NCBI GenBank assembly: GCA_050298595.1
Contig: JBNKUM010000008.1
Location: 96,001 to 160,000 of the forward strand
From: Gammaproteobacteria bacterium
GTDB lineage: Bacteria > Pseudomonadota > Gammaproteobacteria > GCA-001735895
Direction: 5' to 3'
Length of the DNA stretch: 64,000 nucleotides
Both the position numbers and the translations under genes were made by a program. Below, piece after piece: positions 1-10,154 of the stretch (position 1 is its first letter; the number at the start of each line of letters is the position of its first letter). Below the pieces are notes generated by a model. It made no database searches. It was not told where the DNA came from and worked only from the letters and a program-made list of their open reading frames with translations.

Positions 1-61
1 TTGAGCTTGTAACTTCGATTAATCTCAAAACAAAACTTTTTAATCTGAAATGGAGAATTTG

Positions 62-652
62 ATGAAAACGTCCTTAAAACAAACTTTACTCCCAGTTGTA
101 ATTGCTCTAGCCATCTCAGGATGTGGCGGCTCTTCCAAGCAAATCGATGAACCCGACTGTGTTTTCCCAGATGCTCCCAATGCTGCAGCTCCTGCATGGA
201 TCTGTGATGCCCCAGTTGAGGGTGTTGCCCTTAGTGCAGTTGGCTATGCTCAAAAATCTAAAGCTGGTAATTCGTTCATGAAAAAAATTGCTACCGCTGA
301 TGGGCGAGTTCAACTTGCACAGACATTCAAAACTCATGTGCAGAATATGATCAAGCTTTATGCAGAATCTACCGGTGCAGCTGATGATGAAACCGTCGAC
401 CAGGTGAACACATCGGTATCCAAATTGATCACCAATGAAACCCTGGTCGGTTCACGATTGTTAAAATCCAGAGTGAGTCCGGCTGGTGGTCTTTTTGTTT
501 TGATCGGCCTGGATTCAGCCAACGTCCAGCAGGCTGCTAAAGAAAGCATTCAAACCAGCATGCGTAACGAACAGGCACTATGGCAACAATTCAAGGCCAA
601 AAAAGCGCAGGATGAACTTGCCGCCGATATCGCAAAAATGAGTAATCGCTGA
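62..652 (+). CDS. LPP20-family lipoprotein
   Basis: Signal peptide with lipobox (LAISG-C); AP.W.C and A...GR.QLA pattern typical of LPP20-like lipoproteins; GGAG RBS before ATG 62 (ORF track starts at 50). Confidence 0.7.
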   Translation: MKTSLKQTLLPVVIALAISGCGGSSKQIDEPDCVFPDAPNAAAPAWICDAPVEGVALSAVGYAQKSKAGNSFMKKIATADGRVQLAQTFKTHVQNMIKLYAESTGAADDETVDQVNTSVSKLITNETLVGSRLLKSRVSPAGGLFVLIGLDSANVQQAAKESIQTSMRNEQALWQQFKAKKAQDELAADIAKMSNR

Positions 653-657
653 TCTCA

Positions 658-695
658 CAAAAAAAGCTGCTGCTGAATACTTCAGCAACAGCTTC
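658..695 (-). terminator. Intrinsic terminator between convergent lipoprotein gene and dctM
   Basis: Stem AAGCTGCTGCTGAA-TAC-TTCAGCAACAGCTT with an A-run on the left (U-tail on the minus strand). Confidence 0.75.
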
Positions 696-718
696 CATTA
701 GCTAGCAAAAACGGCTAA

Positions 719-2125
719 TCAGGTAAAACCCATTTGGGCCGGTAACCAGAGCACAATACCTGGTAAGGCGACCAGCGCAGCAATGGTTAAGGCATCAGCG
801 ATAAAAAATGGAATCACCCCTCGAAATACATCCTGCACACTACACTCCGGACGTACACCCGCCACCACAAAACAATTAAGTCCAATGGGTGGTGTTATTA
901 AACAAAACTCTGCCATCTTCACCACGATAATACCGAACCAGATGGAACAGCCAACGCTGGAAACACCAAACGCAGAATCTGCAGCACTCACCCCATCCCC
1001 TCCATTCAATGCGATCACTGCCGGATAAACAACCGGTAGGGTTAACAGCAGCATACCGATAGCATCCATAAACATACCCAGCACCGCGTAGGCCAGTAAA
1101 ATAAGTACCAGTGTCATCATTGGGCTTTGATCAAGCGCCGTTATCCAGCCGGCAAAGGCTGAGGGCAGATCAGCGAAACCAAGGAAACGTACATACAGCA
1201 ACACACCCCAGATAATGGTAAATATCATTACCGTCAGCTTGGCGGTTTCCAGTAGTGTACCTTTTAACTCTTGCCAGCGCATACCCTTATACAGCGCCAT
1301 TATCAAGATAATGAAAGCACCCAGCGAGCCCGCTTCGGTCGGGGTCCCTATCCCACCATAGATACAGATGACAATAATGCTGACTACAAAAAATATCGGC
1401 AATGCTCCTGGGAGTGACTCCAGGCGTTGCTTCCAGCTATAGCCCCTTACCGGGGGACCAAAGTTCTTACGAGTCTTGGCCAGAAATACAACCAGGCCTG
1501 CATAAACTAATGCCGAAAAAGCGCCAGGCAAGAAGCCTGCCATCAATAATGCACCTACATCCTGTTCCACAATAATGGCATAGATCACCAGTATTGCTGA
1601 AGGCGGTATCAATGATGCCAGAGTGCCACTTGCGGCTACCACGCCGGCAGCGAATCGCTTGTCATAGCCTAACTGTAGCATCTCGGGGACAGCGATACGA
1701 GCAAACACCGCCGAGGTGGCAACCGACGCACCCGAAACCGCTGCAAATCCTGCCGCAGAAAAAACCGTTGCCACACCCATTCCACCGGGTAACCAACCGA
1801 CCCAACGTTTGGCTGCTTCAAACAGTGCACGCGTCAATCCGGCATGATAGGCCAGAAAACCTATCAGGATAAACGTGGGTATCAGCGATAGAGCGAGCGT
1901 AGACACCTTCGAATGAGGAATAGTACCTGCCATTTTCATGGCTACCAGAAACCCCCTCTCAAAGCCCATTTTTGCAGAAAAGATCCACAGTAAACCAATA
2001 AAGCCTGCAAGCGCAGCTGCAAAGGCTACCCTGACCCCCATCACCACAAACAACAACATGAATCCGGTAACCCAAAGACCAATGGTGATCGAATCCAGTT
2101 GTCCTAAACTCTCCAGCCAGCTCAT
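719..2125 (-). CDS. dctM: TRAP transporter large permease
   Basis: Polytopic membrane protein with SGASVA, GTLASLIPPS, TPTEAG and ITPPIGLN motifs. Confidence 0.93.
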   Translation of the reverse strand: MSWLESLGQLDSITIGLWVTGFMLLFVVMGVRVAFAAALAGFIGLLWIFSAKMGFERGFLVAMKMAGTIPHSKVSTLALSLIPTFILIGFLAYHAGLTRALFEAAKRWVGWLPGGMGVATVFSAAGFAAVSGASVATSAVFARIAVPEMLQLGYDKRFAAGVVAASGTLASLIPPSAILVIYAIIVEQDVGALLMAGFLPGAFSALVYAGLVVFLAKTRKNFGPPVRGYSWKQRLESLPGALPIFFVVSIIVICIYGGIGTPTEAGSLGAFIILIMALYKGMRWQELKGTLLETAKLTVMIFTIIWGVLLYVRFLGFADLPSAFAGWITALDQSPMMTLVLILLAYAVLGMFMDAIGMLLLTLPVVYPAVIALNGGDGVSAADSAFGVSSVGCSIWFGIIVVKMAEFCLITPPIGLNCFVVAGVRPECSVQDVFRGVIPFFIADALTIAALVALPGIVLWLPAQMGFT

Positions 2126-2760
2126 GATTTATCTCCATCGACCTTAGCAATTTCATCGCCAAGTAAGGCTTCGGCTTCGGCTGCGGCCACGGCTGCTGCA
2201 TCTTCAATCAGGGGTACGGCTACCGGGTTGTCACCTCCCTGCCTGAGTGCTCGAAGATAACCCCATATCTGTAAAACCAGGCGCAACGCAAGCACAGTTA
2301 AGGCTAGCGGTACCACCAATTTGGCAGGCCAGGTAGGTAAATTGATATCGAGTGAAGAGTCACCAATTTGATAGGCACGTAAAAAATGCAGAAAGGATCC
2401 GTAAATCAGGATCAGAGTCACTGCAAGCATGAGTAGAGTAGATAGTAATTCAGTAAACCATAAGGGACGACCATGAATGTTTCCGACCAGCATATCCATA
2501 CGTATATGCCCGCCTTCTCGTTGGGTATAGGCTATTCCAAGAAAAGCAAAAAATGCCATTGCCTGCTCCACCCAGTCGATATAACCCGAGATAGGCAGGG
2601 AAAAAAACCAGCGGCCCAGTACATTAGCGGTAGCCAGAAATACCAGTAAAAAAATAACTATGCCACCGATCAGCGTCAGCGCTGATTCAAGCCTGAAGAA
2701 AAGTCGGTCCAGCCGACTTAAAAAGGATTGATCTTCGAGAACGGTATGCGAGCCCGCCAT
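2122..2760 (-). CDS. dctQ: TRAP transporter small permease
   Basis: 4 TM; NVLGRW and GGHIRMD motifs; ATGA overlap with dctM. Confidence 0.92.
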   Translation of the reverse strand: MAGSHTVLEDQSFLSRLDRLFFRLESALTLIGGIVIFLLVFLATANVLGRWFFSLPISGYIDWVEQAMAFFAFLGIAYTQREGGHIRMDMLVGNIHGRPLWFTELLSTLLMLAVTLILIYGSFLHFLRAYQIGDSSLDINLPTWPAKLVVPLALTVLALRLVLQIWGYLRALRQGGDNPVAVPLIEDAAAVAAAEAEALLGDEIAKVDGDKS

Positions 2761-2806
2761 GACAACTACCTCAGAGTTTTATGCTGCGAAAAAAACGCAT
2801 AGAAAC

Positions 2807-2833
2807 TATCCGCACTCGATTCGAGTGCGGATA
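2807..2833. repeat. Perfect 13-bp inverted repeat between dctP and dctQ
   Basis: TATCCGCACTCGA-T-TCGAGTGCGGATA. Confidence 0.85.
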
Positions 2834-2845
2834 ATGCTTTATTGC

Positions 2846-3847
2846 TTATTGAACAAATAACGCTTGAGTAAATTCGAAAAGCGCTTTGGAATCAAATTGC
2901 GAGGCATACTTTTTGACCCAGTCTTCTCTAACAGAAGCTGCAAGCTTGTTAAGCTCAGCTGTTTGAGCGGCATTAAAGGTCACACGCGTTAAACCTGCTT
3001 CAGTCACAGCCTGCTCGTATTTGCCGGTAGTATTGTTATTATAGTTGTCCACATAGAAAGCGATCGCTTCATCAACCGAGCCCAGTAAAGCATCACGATT
3101 TTTAGCACTCAATGCATTCAGCGCATCAGTATTCACTACAACCGGACAATTAGCCGAACCCAGATTAAGATTGGTTGAAGCCCACTTGCCTACCTTGAAG
3201 GTTTTGGTCGCCAGATGTGCATGCGGGGCAAAAGTTGCTGCATCGATCACACCGGAATCCATAGACTGCCGTACTTCAGAGAAAGGCACACCGGTCTTTA
3301 CTGCCCCCAGTTTTCCAAGAACCCCCATAATGCCACCCGGCCCACGCACTCGCATACCTTTTAAATCTGACAGAGATTTCAATACATCTGTCTTACTCAC
3401 CAGGTTGTACTGAGGTAGCGGTGTTGGCATCAACAGGGTTGCATTCCAGCGTGCAAGATCTTTTTTAACGATAGGGTGTTCATGTACTTTTTTATAGATT
3501 TCTGCCACACGGGCTAGTGTTACATCTTTACTAAAGGGTAACTCTGTGACTGTTATGGTTGGATTTTTATCATTGTGATAAAAGGAACAGAATTGCGCCA
3601 TTTCAAAAGCACCGAAAGAAATACCATCCAGGTTTTCCTTGGCTTTGGACAAGCCTCCGTAGGATATCTTGAGTTTGAAATCCCCATTGGTTTTCTTCTC
3701 TACCAACTCAGCGAGTTTTTCAACATTCTCGGTGAAAGCGCGGCGCTTACCCCATAAAGATACATTCCACTCGGTAGCTGCCTGTAGCTCGGCTGCAAAT
3801 AGACCGGCACAGATAGTGGTAGCGATGATTATTTTTTTGTTCAGCAT
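2846..3847 (-). CDS. dctP: TRAP transporter substrate-binding protein
   Basis: Signal peptide; LVEKKTNGDFK, LDGISFGAFEM, DLKGMRVR (carboxylate-binding Arg region), MDSGVID. Confidence 0.92.
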   Translation of the reverse strand: MLNKKIIIATTICAGLFAAELQAATEWNVSLWGKRRAFTENVEKLAELVEKKTNGDFKLKISYGGLSKAKENLDGISFGAFEMAQFCSFYHNDKNPTITVTELPFSKDVTLARVAEIYKKVHEHPIVKKDLARWNATLLMPTPLPQYNLVSKTDVLKSLSDLKGMRVRGPGGIMGVLGKLGAVKTGVPFSEVRQSMDSGVIDAATFAPHAHLATKTFKVGKWASTNLNLGSANCPVVVNTDALNALSAKNRDALLGSVDEAIAFYVDNYNNNTTGKYEQAVTEAGLTRVTFNAAQTAELNKLAASVREDWVKKYASQFDSKALFEFTQALFVQ

Positions 3848-3931
3848 GAAACTTCCTCTTGTTTGAATATTTATGTTCAGTAAAACTTTATTACCGGGGT
3901 CTTAATTGCCCCGGTTTTGCATTTACTGATT

Positions 3932-3947
3932 AACATAAACTGTGCCA
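3932..3947 (-). promoter_or_regulatory. Putative sigma-54 (-24/-12) promoter of dctPQM
   Basis: Minus strand TGGCACAGTTTATGTT versus consensus TGGCACG-N4-TTGCW; -24 matches well, -12 is deviant (GT for GC); adjacent to a GAFTGA activator gene. Confidence 0.5.
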
Positions 3948-4068
3948 AAACATGAAAATCATTGATTGTTAAAGAGGTTTCAACAAACTTTCTAACCATC
4001 AACCTTGATTGCACGCCCCTTTAGGAAATAAATGACTCGGAAATTCAACCAAATGAGAAATAATTTTC

Positions 4069-5430
4069 TCATTTTCTGTAATCGGAAACCGTAATCCCAA
4101 AGCGCGTTAACTTCTGGTTAAAGGTTCGCCGCTCCAGATCCAGATCATTTAACACCTCAGAAACCTTGCCCTGATGCTGGGCCAGCTTGGAGCGAATCAG
4201 GTTTTCTTCAAACGAGTTCACCTGCTGCTTGAGAGAACTATGCCTACTGTTATTACCCCAACTTACTGCTGCTCCTGGTATAAACTGTCCAATATCACCA
4301 AACCCATTAATGACGTAACGCGTTGCTACATTGATCAACTCACGGACATTACCCGGCCAGTCGCTGGACAGCAGAACGCTACAGTTTTGATCACTGATGG
4401 GCTGGTAATCAATCTTAAAATTTTCACAACTTTGCATCACGAAATATTCAAATAGCGTAATAATATCCTCCTGCCGATCTCGCAATGGAGGTATATGGCT
4501 CTCACCTACCTGAAGCCGATAAAACAGGTCCTGACGAAAACTGTCGTGATTTAACAAATCTTCCTTGGTTGCAGAAATCACCCGACAATCGGTAAAACGC
4601 TCTTCATTGCTGCCTAATGGGGTAATAATTCCATCCTGTAATACGCGTAGTAACTTGGCCTGGATGGATGGTGACAGACTTTCTACTTCATCCAGAAAAA
4701 GCGTCCCGCCACTGGCATACTCTAGCTTACCAACTCGTGCACCTTTAGCACCGGTGAATGCACCTTTCTCATAGCCGAATAACTCAGCTTCTGCCAGTTC
4801 ATCAGGTATCGCTGCACAATTCAGCGCGACAAAAGATTTATCCCGTCGAGAGCTGAAATCATGCAGGCATCGCGCTACCAGCTCCTTACCTACGCCAGTC
4901 TCACCGTAGATCATCACCGGGATATCCATCAGTGCCAGCTTCAACACATTCTGCTTAAGCTGCTTCATCATCGGGCTGTTGCCGATCAGTCGCGATTCGA
5001 TGCTGCTATGCTGCTCAAGTTGCAGGCGGGTTTCCAGCAATGAAAGGCTCAGTAACCTTTTATCTACCGCACGTTGGATACTTTTCAGCAGGCGATTGGT
5101 ATCCACCGGTTTTTCAATAAAATCGTATACCCCATGTTTCATCGCATCTACTGCAATCGTGATATCTCCATAGCCTGTCATTAAAATCACGGGAAGATCG
5201 GGATCTATACTTTTAACGGCTTTAGAAAACTCCAGGCCATCGCCGCCCGGCATACGTAAATCGGTAAGAATGATGGCTGGCATATGTGGATAAATTTCCG
5301 CCAATGCCGGTTGGGGCGAAGAAAATTCAATAATTTTCTGATATTGGGTTGAGAGTAAATCGACGGTATTGACTCTGACATCCTTATCATCATCGACCAC
5401 TATGATCGTTATCGAATTTAGATCAAACAT
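4069..5430 (-). CDS. dctD: Sigma-54-dependent response regulator, DctD/NtrC family
   Basis: Receiver (VVDDD, TDLRMP, EKP), AAA+ (GETGVGKE, GAFTGA, LFLDE, WPGNVREL), C-terminal HTH. Confidence 0.88.
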   Translation of the reverse strand: MFDLNSITIIVVDDDKDVRVNTVDLLSTQYQKIIEFSSPQPALAEIYPHMPAIILTDLRMPGGDGLEFSKAVKSIDPDLPVILMTGYGDITIAVDAMKHGVYDFIEKPVDTNRLLKSIQRAVDKRLLSLSLLETRLQLEQHSSIESRLIGNSPMMKQLKQNVLKLALMDIPVMIYGETGVGKELVARCLHDFSSRRDKSFVALNCAAIPDELAEAELFGYEKGAFTGAKGARVGKLEYASGGTLFLDEVESLSPSIQAKLLRVLQDGIITPLGSNEERFTDCRVISATKEDLLNHDSFRQDLFYRLQVGESHIPPLRDRQEDIITLFEYFVMQSCENFKIDYQPISDQNCSVLLSSDWPGNVRELINVATRYVINGFGDIGQFIPGAAVSWGNNSRHSSLKQQVNSFEENLIRSKLAQHQGKVSEVLNDLDLERRTFNQKLTRFGITVSDYRK

Positions 5431-5449
5431 CAGTCAGGGTTTGTAGTAG

Positions 5450-5665
5450 TTACTTTTTAAAATAGATAAAAACACCTACAGCAATGCAGGCTACACCGGC
5501 GATATAAAGCATCATGACATTATCTGAATGTGATCCGGTCAAAGCATTGGACAGTTGTGAACCTAGACCCTCCGATTTCTTATACCCCCATATTGACAAA
5601 CCAGCCCCTATAGCGATTAAAACAATGCTGACTATTTTTTGTGTCATGCTTATACTATTTACCAT
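5450..5665 (-). CDS. Small two-TM membrane protein, DUF3185-like
   Basis: Two hydrophobic helices flanking WGY..S..GSQLS..LTGS.SD; GGAG RBS. Confidence 0.75.
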   Translation of the reverse strand: MVNSISMTQKIVSIVLIAIGAGLSIWGYKKSEGLGSQLSNALTGSHSDNVMMLYIAGVACIAVGVFIYFKK

Positions 5666-5785
5666 CTAATAATCTCCATGTTTTCAATTATAGTAATTTA
5701 ATATTAACCATCTGATCGAATGGATTAGAGTGGATCAAGTTAATCACTAGATTCTATACTTTTATCGCACAAAAGGAACCACAAC

Positions 5786-6100
5786 ATGATAGTAAGCAAC
5801 TTAGAAATTATTCCTGGAAAAACCATCATCAGGCATTATGGTCTGGTACAGGGCAATACCATACGCGCCAAACACGTGGGGCGTGACATCATGGCTGGAC
5901 TTAAAAATATCTTTGGCGGAGAACTTAAAGGCTATACCGAATTACTCGCAGAGTCGCGCCAGGAAGCCACCGATAGAATGATCCAGCAGGCAGAGGCATT
6001 AGGCGCGAATGCTGTACTAAACGTACGCTATAGCACCTCCTCTATCACACAGGGTGCCGCAGAACTCTACGCATACGGTACCGCAGTCACGGTGGAATAA
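5786..6100 (+). CDS. ybjQ: YbjQ/UPF0145 family protein
   Basis: GLVQG, GRDIMAGLKNIFGGELKGYTELL, LGANAV, YGTAV. Confidence 0.92.
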   Translation: MIVSNLEIIPGKTIIRHYGLVQGNTIRAKHVGRDIMAGLKNIFGGELKGYTELLAESRQEATDRMIQQAEALGANAVLNVRYSTSSITQGAAELYAYGTAVTVE

Positions 6101-6103
6101 AGC

Positions 6104-6550
6104 ATGGAAATACTAATATTTCTGGTACTTTTAATACTCGGTTATATCTTTGGTCAACTGGCTGAAAGGCATCACTTCAAATCTATTATTGCACGTGAAA
6201 AAGAAACATTATGGATGCCGCTCATGAACCTGAAAACCATCCCTCCTCAAATCACCCATTGTAATACGCAACTGGTGAGCGGTAACGTGGTGATCTCTAT
6301 CGATTTTTTCAAAAAATTTGTCGCCGGATTACGCGGACTGATTGGTGGTCGCATGAGGTCTTACGAGTCTCTACTCGATCGGGCACGGCGCGAAGCCATC
6401 CTGCGTATGAAAGAAGAGGCATTACAACTGGGTGCAAAAATGATCGTCAATGTTCGTATCGAAACTGCTTCGATCAATAAAAACAGTAATAGCAAACAGT
6501 CGGTTGGATCGGTAGAAGTAGTTGCTTATGGAACGGCTATTTCAGTATAA
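6104..6550 (+). CDS. Membrane-anchored YbjQ/UPF0145 paralogue
   Basis: N-terminal TM helix, then LVSGNVV..GGRMRSYESLLDRARREA..LGA..YGTA. Confidence 0.85.
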   Translation: MEILIFLVLLILGYIFGQLAERHHFKSIIAREKETLWMPLMNLKTIPPQITHCNTQLVSGNVVISIDFFKKFVAGLRGLIGGRMRSYESLLDRARREAILRMKEEALQLGAKMIVNVRIETASINKNSNSKQSVGSVEVVAYGTAISV

Positions 6551-6564
6551 GGTTTAATCATCAT

Positions 6565-7446
6565 ATGGAATTTGAAGCTAAACAGATACCGGAAGGTATC
6601 AATACCTCTCAGGAACATCCGCTGAAGGAATTCATCATCCTGCTGGCTGGTGTTGCTACTCTTGTTGCCATTGCATTTTTTATTCTGATGTTATTGTCAG
6701 ACTATCTGGTGCAATATATCCCTCTGGAAAAGGAGCAGCAGTGGTTTAGCTCATCCACCATGTCATCTTTCATTAAGCAGACTACTACGTCTGAGGAGAA
6801 ATCAGTCAACGAATATCTCCTGAAGCTGGTTAATCAATTAGACCCAACTCCTTCTGACCCCAGTCACTATAGCATTCAACTGATCGACGAAGAATCACCC
6901 AATGCATTCATTACACCCGGTGGACATATCTTTGTCACCAGCGGATTACTCAGTCTGGTTAATAGTGAAAATGCACTGGCCATGGTTATCGCTCATGAAA
7001 TGGCGCATCAGATTCATCGGCATCCCATCCGTAGCCTGGGCCGTGGCATGGTTATCGGTATGGTTGCGATGATTATTACCGGCATTGATGGCAGCGAATG
7101 GGCAAGCCAGATGCTTGCGAGTACTTTTAATCTGGGACTACTTGCCTACAGTCGAGACCAGGAACGCGAAGCAGATAAAACCGGATTACAGTTACTCGTC
7201 GACTATTATGGTCACTCCGCAGGCAGCCGATATTTTTTCTCGCAGATGATGCAGCACAAAGAATACAAACATTCGAAACTAACCGAATACCTGAGTACTC
7301 ATCCAAATACCGAAGATCGTCTCAAATACCTGCAGCAACATGTCATCGACGAAGATGCTGAGTTAACGCCTTTACCTGATTTTATAAAGGCGTATGTCTC
7401 TCAGGATCACTCTATTACGCCACCTGTGGCTGAGCCGTCAACTTAA
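6565..7446 (+). CDS. M48-family Zn metallopeptidase with N-terminal membrane anchor
   Basis: PNAF..PGG, HEMAH, YSRDQEREAD, LSTHP motifs. Confidence 0.9.
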   Translation: MEFEAKQIPEGINTSQEHPLKEFIILLAGVATLVAIAFFILMLLSDYLVQYIPLEKEQQWFSSSTMSSFIKQTTTSEEKSVNEYLLKLVNQLDPTPSDPSHYSIQLIDEESPNAFITPGGHIFVTSGLLSLVNSENALAMVIAHEMAHQIHRHPIRSLGRGMVIGMVAMIITGIDGSEWASQMLASTFNLGLLAYSRDQEREADKTGLQLLVDYYGHSAGSRYFFSQMMQHKEYKHSKLTEYLSTHPNTEDRLKYLQQHVIDEDAELTPLPDFIKAYVSQDHSITPPVAEPST

Positions 7447-7918
7447 GAAAACCACCCAGACTCAGCAATAGCAAAGAAGCTGAGACTATGATTGCCACCG
7501 GATATGAGAGATTCCCTGCCAGTTCTAACTGACTATATTTAATCACCATGATCAATCCTTCCAACACCAGTGCGGTACATACCACTGCGACAAATCGGGT
7601 AATCGATCTACGCACTGAACTATAAATATCGCCCTGCTCGTGCTCTTCGTCAGAGTATTCCTTACCAATGCCAACACCTAGTTCAAAAATTGCCAGTGAA
7701 ACCACCGCAATGTTGATTGTTTTAATCAGGCCATTGGTTATTGACTCACCAGAGTTAAATGAATGGATAAATTCAAATATCGCCAACCCACCTAGAGATA
7801 TTGACAATAACAGGAATAGAAAATAGAAGATTTTGGCCATCAGATATTTGATACTATCGGTATAGGATGTCTGATGATTAGTACTGTAAACTGAGTTTTG
7901 AATATCGACTTCTGACAT
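7415..7918 (-). CDS. Hypothetical four-TM membrane protein (PsiE-like topology)
   Basis: Four hydrophobic segments; RRSITRF..V..ALVLEGL; AGG upstream; true start may be internal (MAKIF). Confidence 0.65.
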   Translation of the reverse strand: MSEVDIQNSVYSTNHQTSYTDSIKYLMAKIFYFLFLLLSISLGGLAIFEFIHSFNSGESITNGLIKTINIAVVSLAIFELGVGIGKEYSDEEHEQGDIYSSVRRSITRFVAVVCTALVLEGLIMVIKYSQLELAGNLSYPVAIIVSASLLLLSLGGFLKLTAQPQVA

Positions 7919-8361
7919 GTTGATCTACCTGAGTTTAAATAATTATTGATCAAGTTTGATGGGGTTATACCCTCAAAGTTCTAACGTCAGATGGTTAATC
8001 ACATTAATTCACAGTTTAAAGAAAATCGATAAACACTTGCAGATTCAACATGTCGATGAACAACTTAAATTGAACCAAAGATATACCAAAACAGTCACTA
8101 ATTACTTTGAAGATCTATAGCGTCCAGATCGGACAAGCAGTTTTCAGGAATTATGAATTATTATAAAGAGAACTGCCGTGAAGGGCATATGAAAGCACGA
8201 AGAATAGCATCAACTTTTTACTTACACTGTTTTTCCTGTCTTCGAACTGTGCTGCCTTAAACCTCAACCAGCCATGGAAAATTGAATACAGGGGGCGCAG
8301 CCTACTCGCTTGAGTCGGGAACATCAAATTGCTGATACTCACTCAAAAACAGGTCAGCCGA

Positions 8362-9435
8362 TTAACTAAGAAGAGAGACACTCTTAACTTGCGCATACAA
8401 AAGCAAACCCTCACGGACACCCAGTCCTACCGCTGATCGTCGTGTAATACGAGACAGCAGAGTTTGCCCATCGAGTAATTTTAGCCGCACGATTACCTGA
8501 GTCTGGTTGACATCTTTAGCATCTATTACTTCTGCTGGTAACAGGTTGAGGATACTGGTATCCGAATGCGCACTCAGTGACAAACTGACATCACGTGCCC
8601 TGATTTCTACACGCGCATGATGCCCTACCGACAATTCCTCGCGCGATACCGCTATTCTGCCGCTATCCATTGAAATCCAGGTCAGGTGATACTCATAGTC
8701 ATGGGCCGATACGACACCTTCCAATAAAGAAGAAGCATCATCATAACTGGCGATCGGCAGATCAAGTTGAGTGAGGAGATTAGCAGCTGGCCCCTCTGCA
8801 ATGACCTGGCCTTGCTCCATTAACACCAGGTGGTCGGCCAGTCGAGCAACTTCGTGCGGGTCATGCGATACATAAAAAGTGGGTATACCGAACTCGTCCT
8901 GCAAATTTTCCAGATACGGCAATATGGTATGTTTTGCCGCATGATCAAGTGCCGAAAGCGGTTCATCCATGAGCAATAATTTTGGACTGGTTAATAGCGC
9001 ACGCGCTATCGCTACGCGCTGACGCTCCCCACCGGAAAGTTGACTGGTATCGCGATGCAATATAGGCACAATCCCCAGCAGTTCGACCACATCATCAAAC
9101 TTTAGCAATCGAGCAGCAGGATTTATTCGACGCCATCCATATTCCAGATTACGTCTCACCGATAGATGAGGAAACAGGCTCGCTTCCTGAAACACATAGC
9201 CGAGTGAGCGTTTATGGCTGGGCACAAAATGAGTTCTATCCTGCCACACTTCGTCATTCACTCTAACCTGACCCTGAAGAAATTTATTCAAACCAGCCAT
9301 CGCTCGTAACACGCTGGTTTTACCTGAACCAGAATGACCAAACAGAGCGGTAACCCCCTTTGCCGGGGCAGAAAATTTCACGTCCAGATTAAAATCACCC
9401 TGCTGACCTGAAAGGCTGACATTGATTCCTGTCAT
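8362..9435 (-). CDS. modC: Molybdate ABC transporter ATP-binding protein
   Basis: [28 protein letters not shown]-terminal TOBE ([13 protein letters not shown]). Confidence 0.95.
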   Translation of the reverse strand: MTGINVSLSGQQGDFNLDVKFSAPAKGVTALFGHSGSGKTSVLRAMAGLNKFLQGQVRVNDEVWQDRTHFVPSHKRSLGYVFQEASLFPHLSVRRNLEYGWRRINPAARLLKFDDVVELLGIVPILHRDTSQLSGGERQRVAIARALLTSPKLLLMDEPLSALDHAAKHTILPYLENLQDEFGIPTFYVSHDPHEVARLADHLVLMEQGQVIAEGPAANLLTQLDLPIASYDDASSLLEGVVSAHDYEYHLTWISMDSGRIAVSREELSVGHHARVEIRARDVSLSLSAHSDTSILNLLPAEVIDAKDVNQTQVIVRLKLLDGQTLLSRITRRSAVGLGVREGLLLYAQVKSVSLLS

Positions 9436-10109
9436 AATGACTGACTCCGTTGTAAACGGCCATTAACCAGATAAAGAATCAGCAATACCAGAAATGAAAA
9501 CACCAGCATGCCTGCAGCGAGAATATGCGCCTGATCATAATTCAGCGTTTCAACATGGTCATAGATTGCTACCGATAAAACCTTGGTTTCACCCGGAATA
9601 TTGCCACCTATCATTAGGACCACACCGAACTCGCCGATTGTGTGTGCGAAACAAAGCACCGAAGCCGTCAGGAAACCTGGTCGTGCCAGTGGTAATATCA
9701 CCGTCAGAAACCGATCCAACGGTGATGCGCGCAAGGTTGCAGCTACCTCCAACGGACGACTACCCAGAGCTTCAAAGGTGTTCTGCAAAGGTTGCACTAC
9801 AAACGGCAATGAATATATCACCGAGGCAATCACCAGACCTTTAAAAGTAAATGGCAAGTTACCCAGTCCAAGCGACTGAGTGATCGCTCCTATAGGACCG
9901 TTTGGCCCCATCAACAACAGCAGATAAAACCCAAGCACAGTCGGTGGTAGTACCAGTGGCAGAGCCACCATCGCTGTGACGGATTGCTTATACCAGGCGG
10001 TAGTACGCGCCAGCCACCAGGCGATAGGTGTACCTATAATCAGTAAACTAAGAGTGGTAATACTGGCTAACTTGAGCGTTAGCCATACCGGTTGCCAATC
10101 GAATTCCAT
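9432..10109 (-). CDS. modB: Molybdate ABC transporter permease
   Basis: [30 protein letters not shown]. Confidence 0.95.
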   Translation of the reverse strand: MEFDWQPVWLTLKLASITTLSLLIIGTPIAWWLARTTAWYKQSVTAMVALPLVLPPTVLGFYLLLLMGPNGPIGAITQSLGLGNLPFTFKGLVIASVIYSLPFVVQPLQNTFEALGSRPLEVAATLRASPLDRFLTVILPLARPGFLTASVLCFAHTIGEFGVVLMIGGNIPGETKVLSVAIYDHVETLNYDQAHILAAGMLVFSFLVLLILYLVNGRLQRSQSL

Positions 10110-10154
10110 ACTTACTGCCTAATGTTGAGATTTATCTATATTACTCTAAATCGC

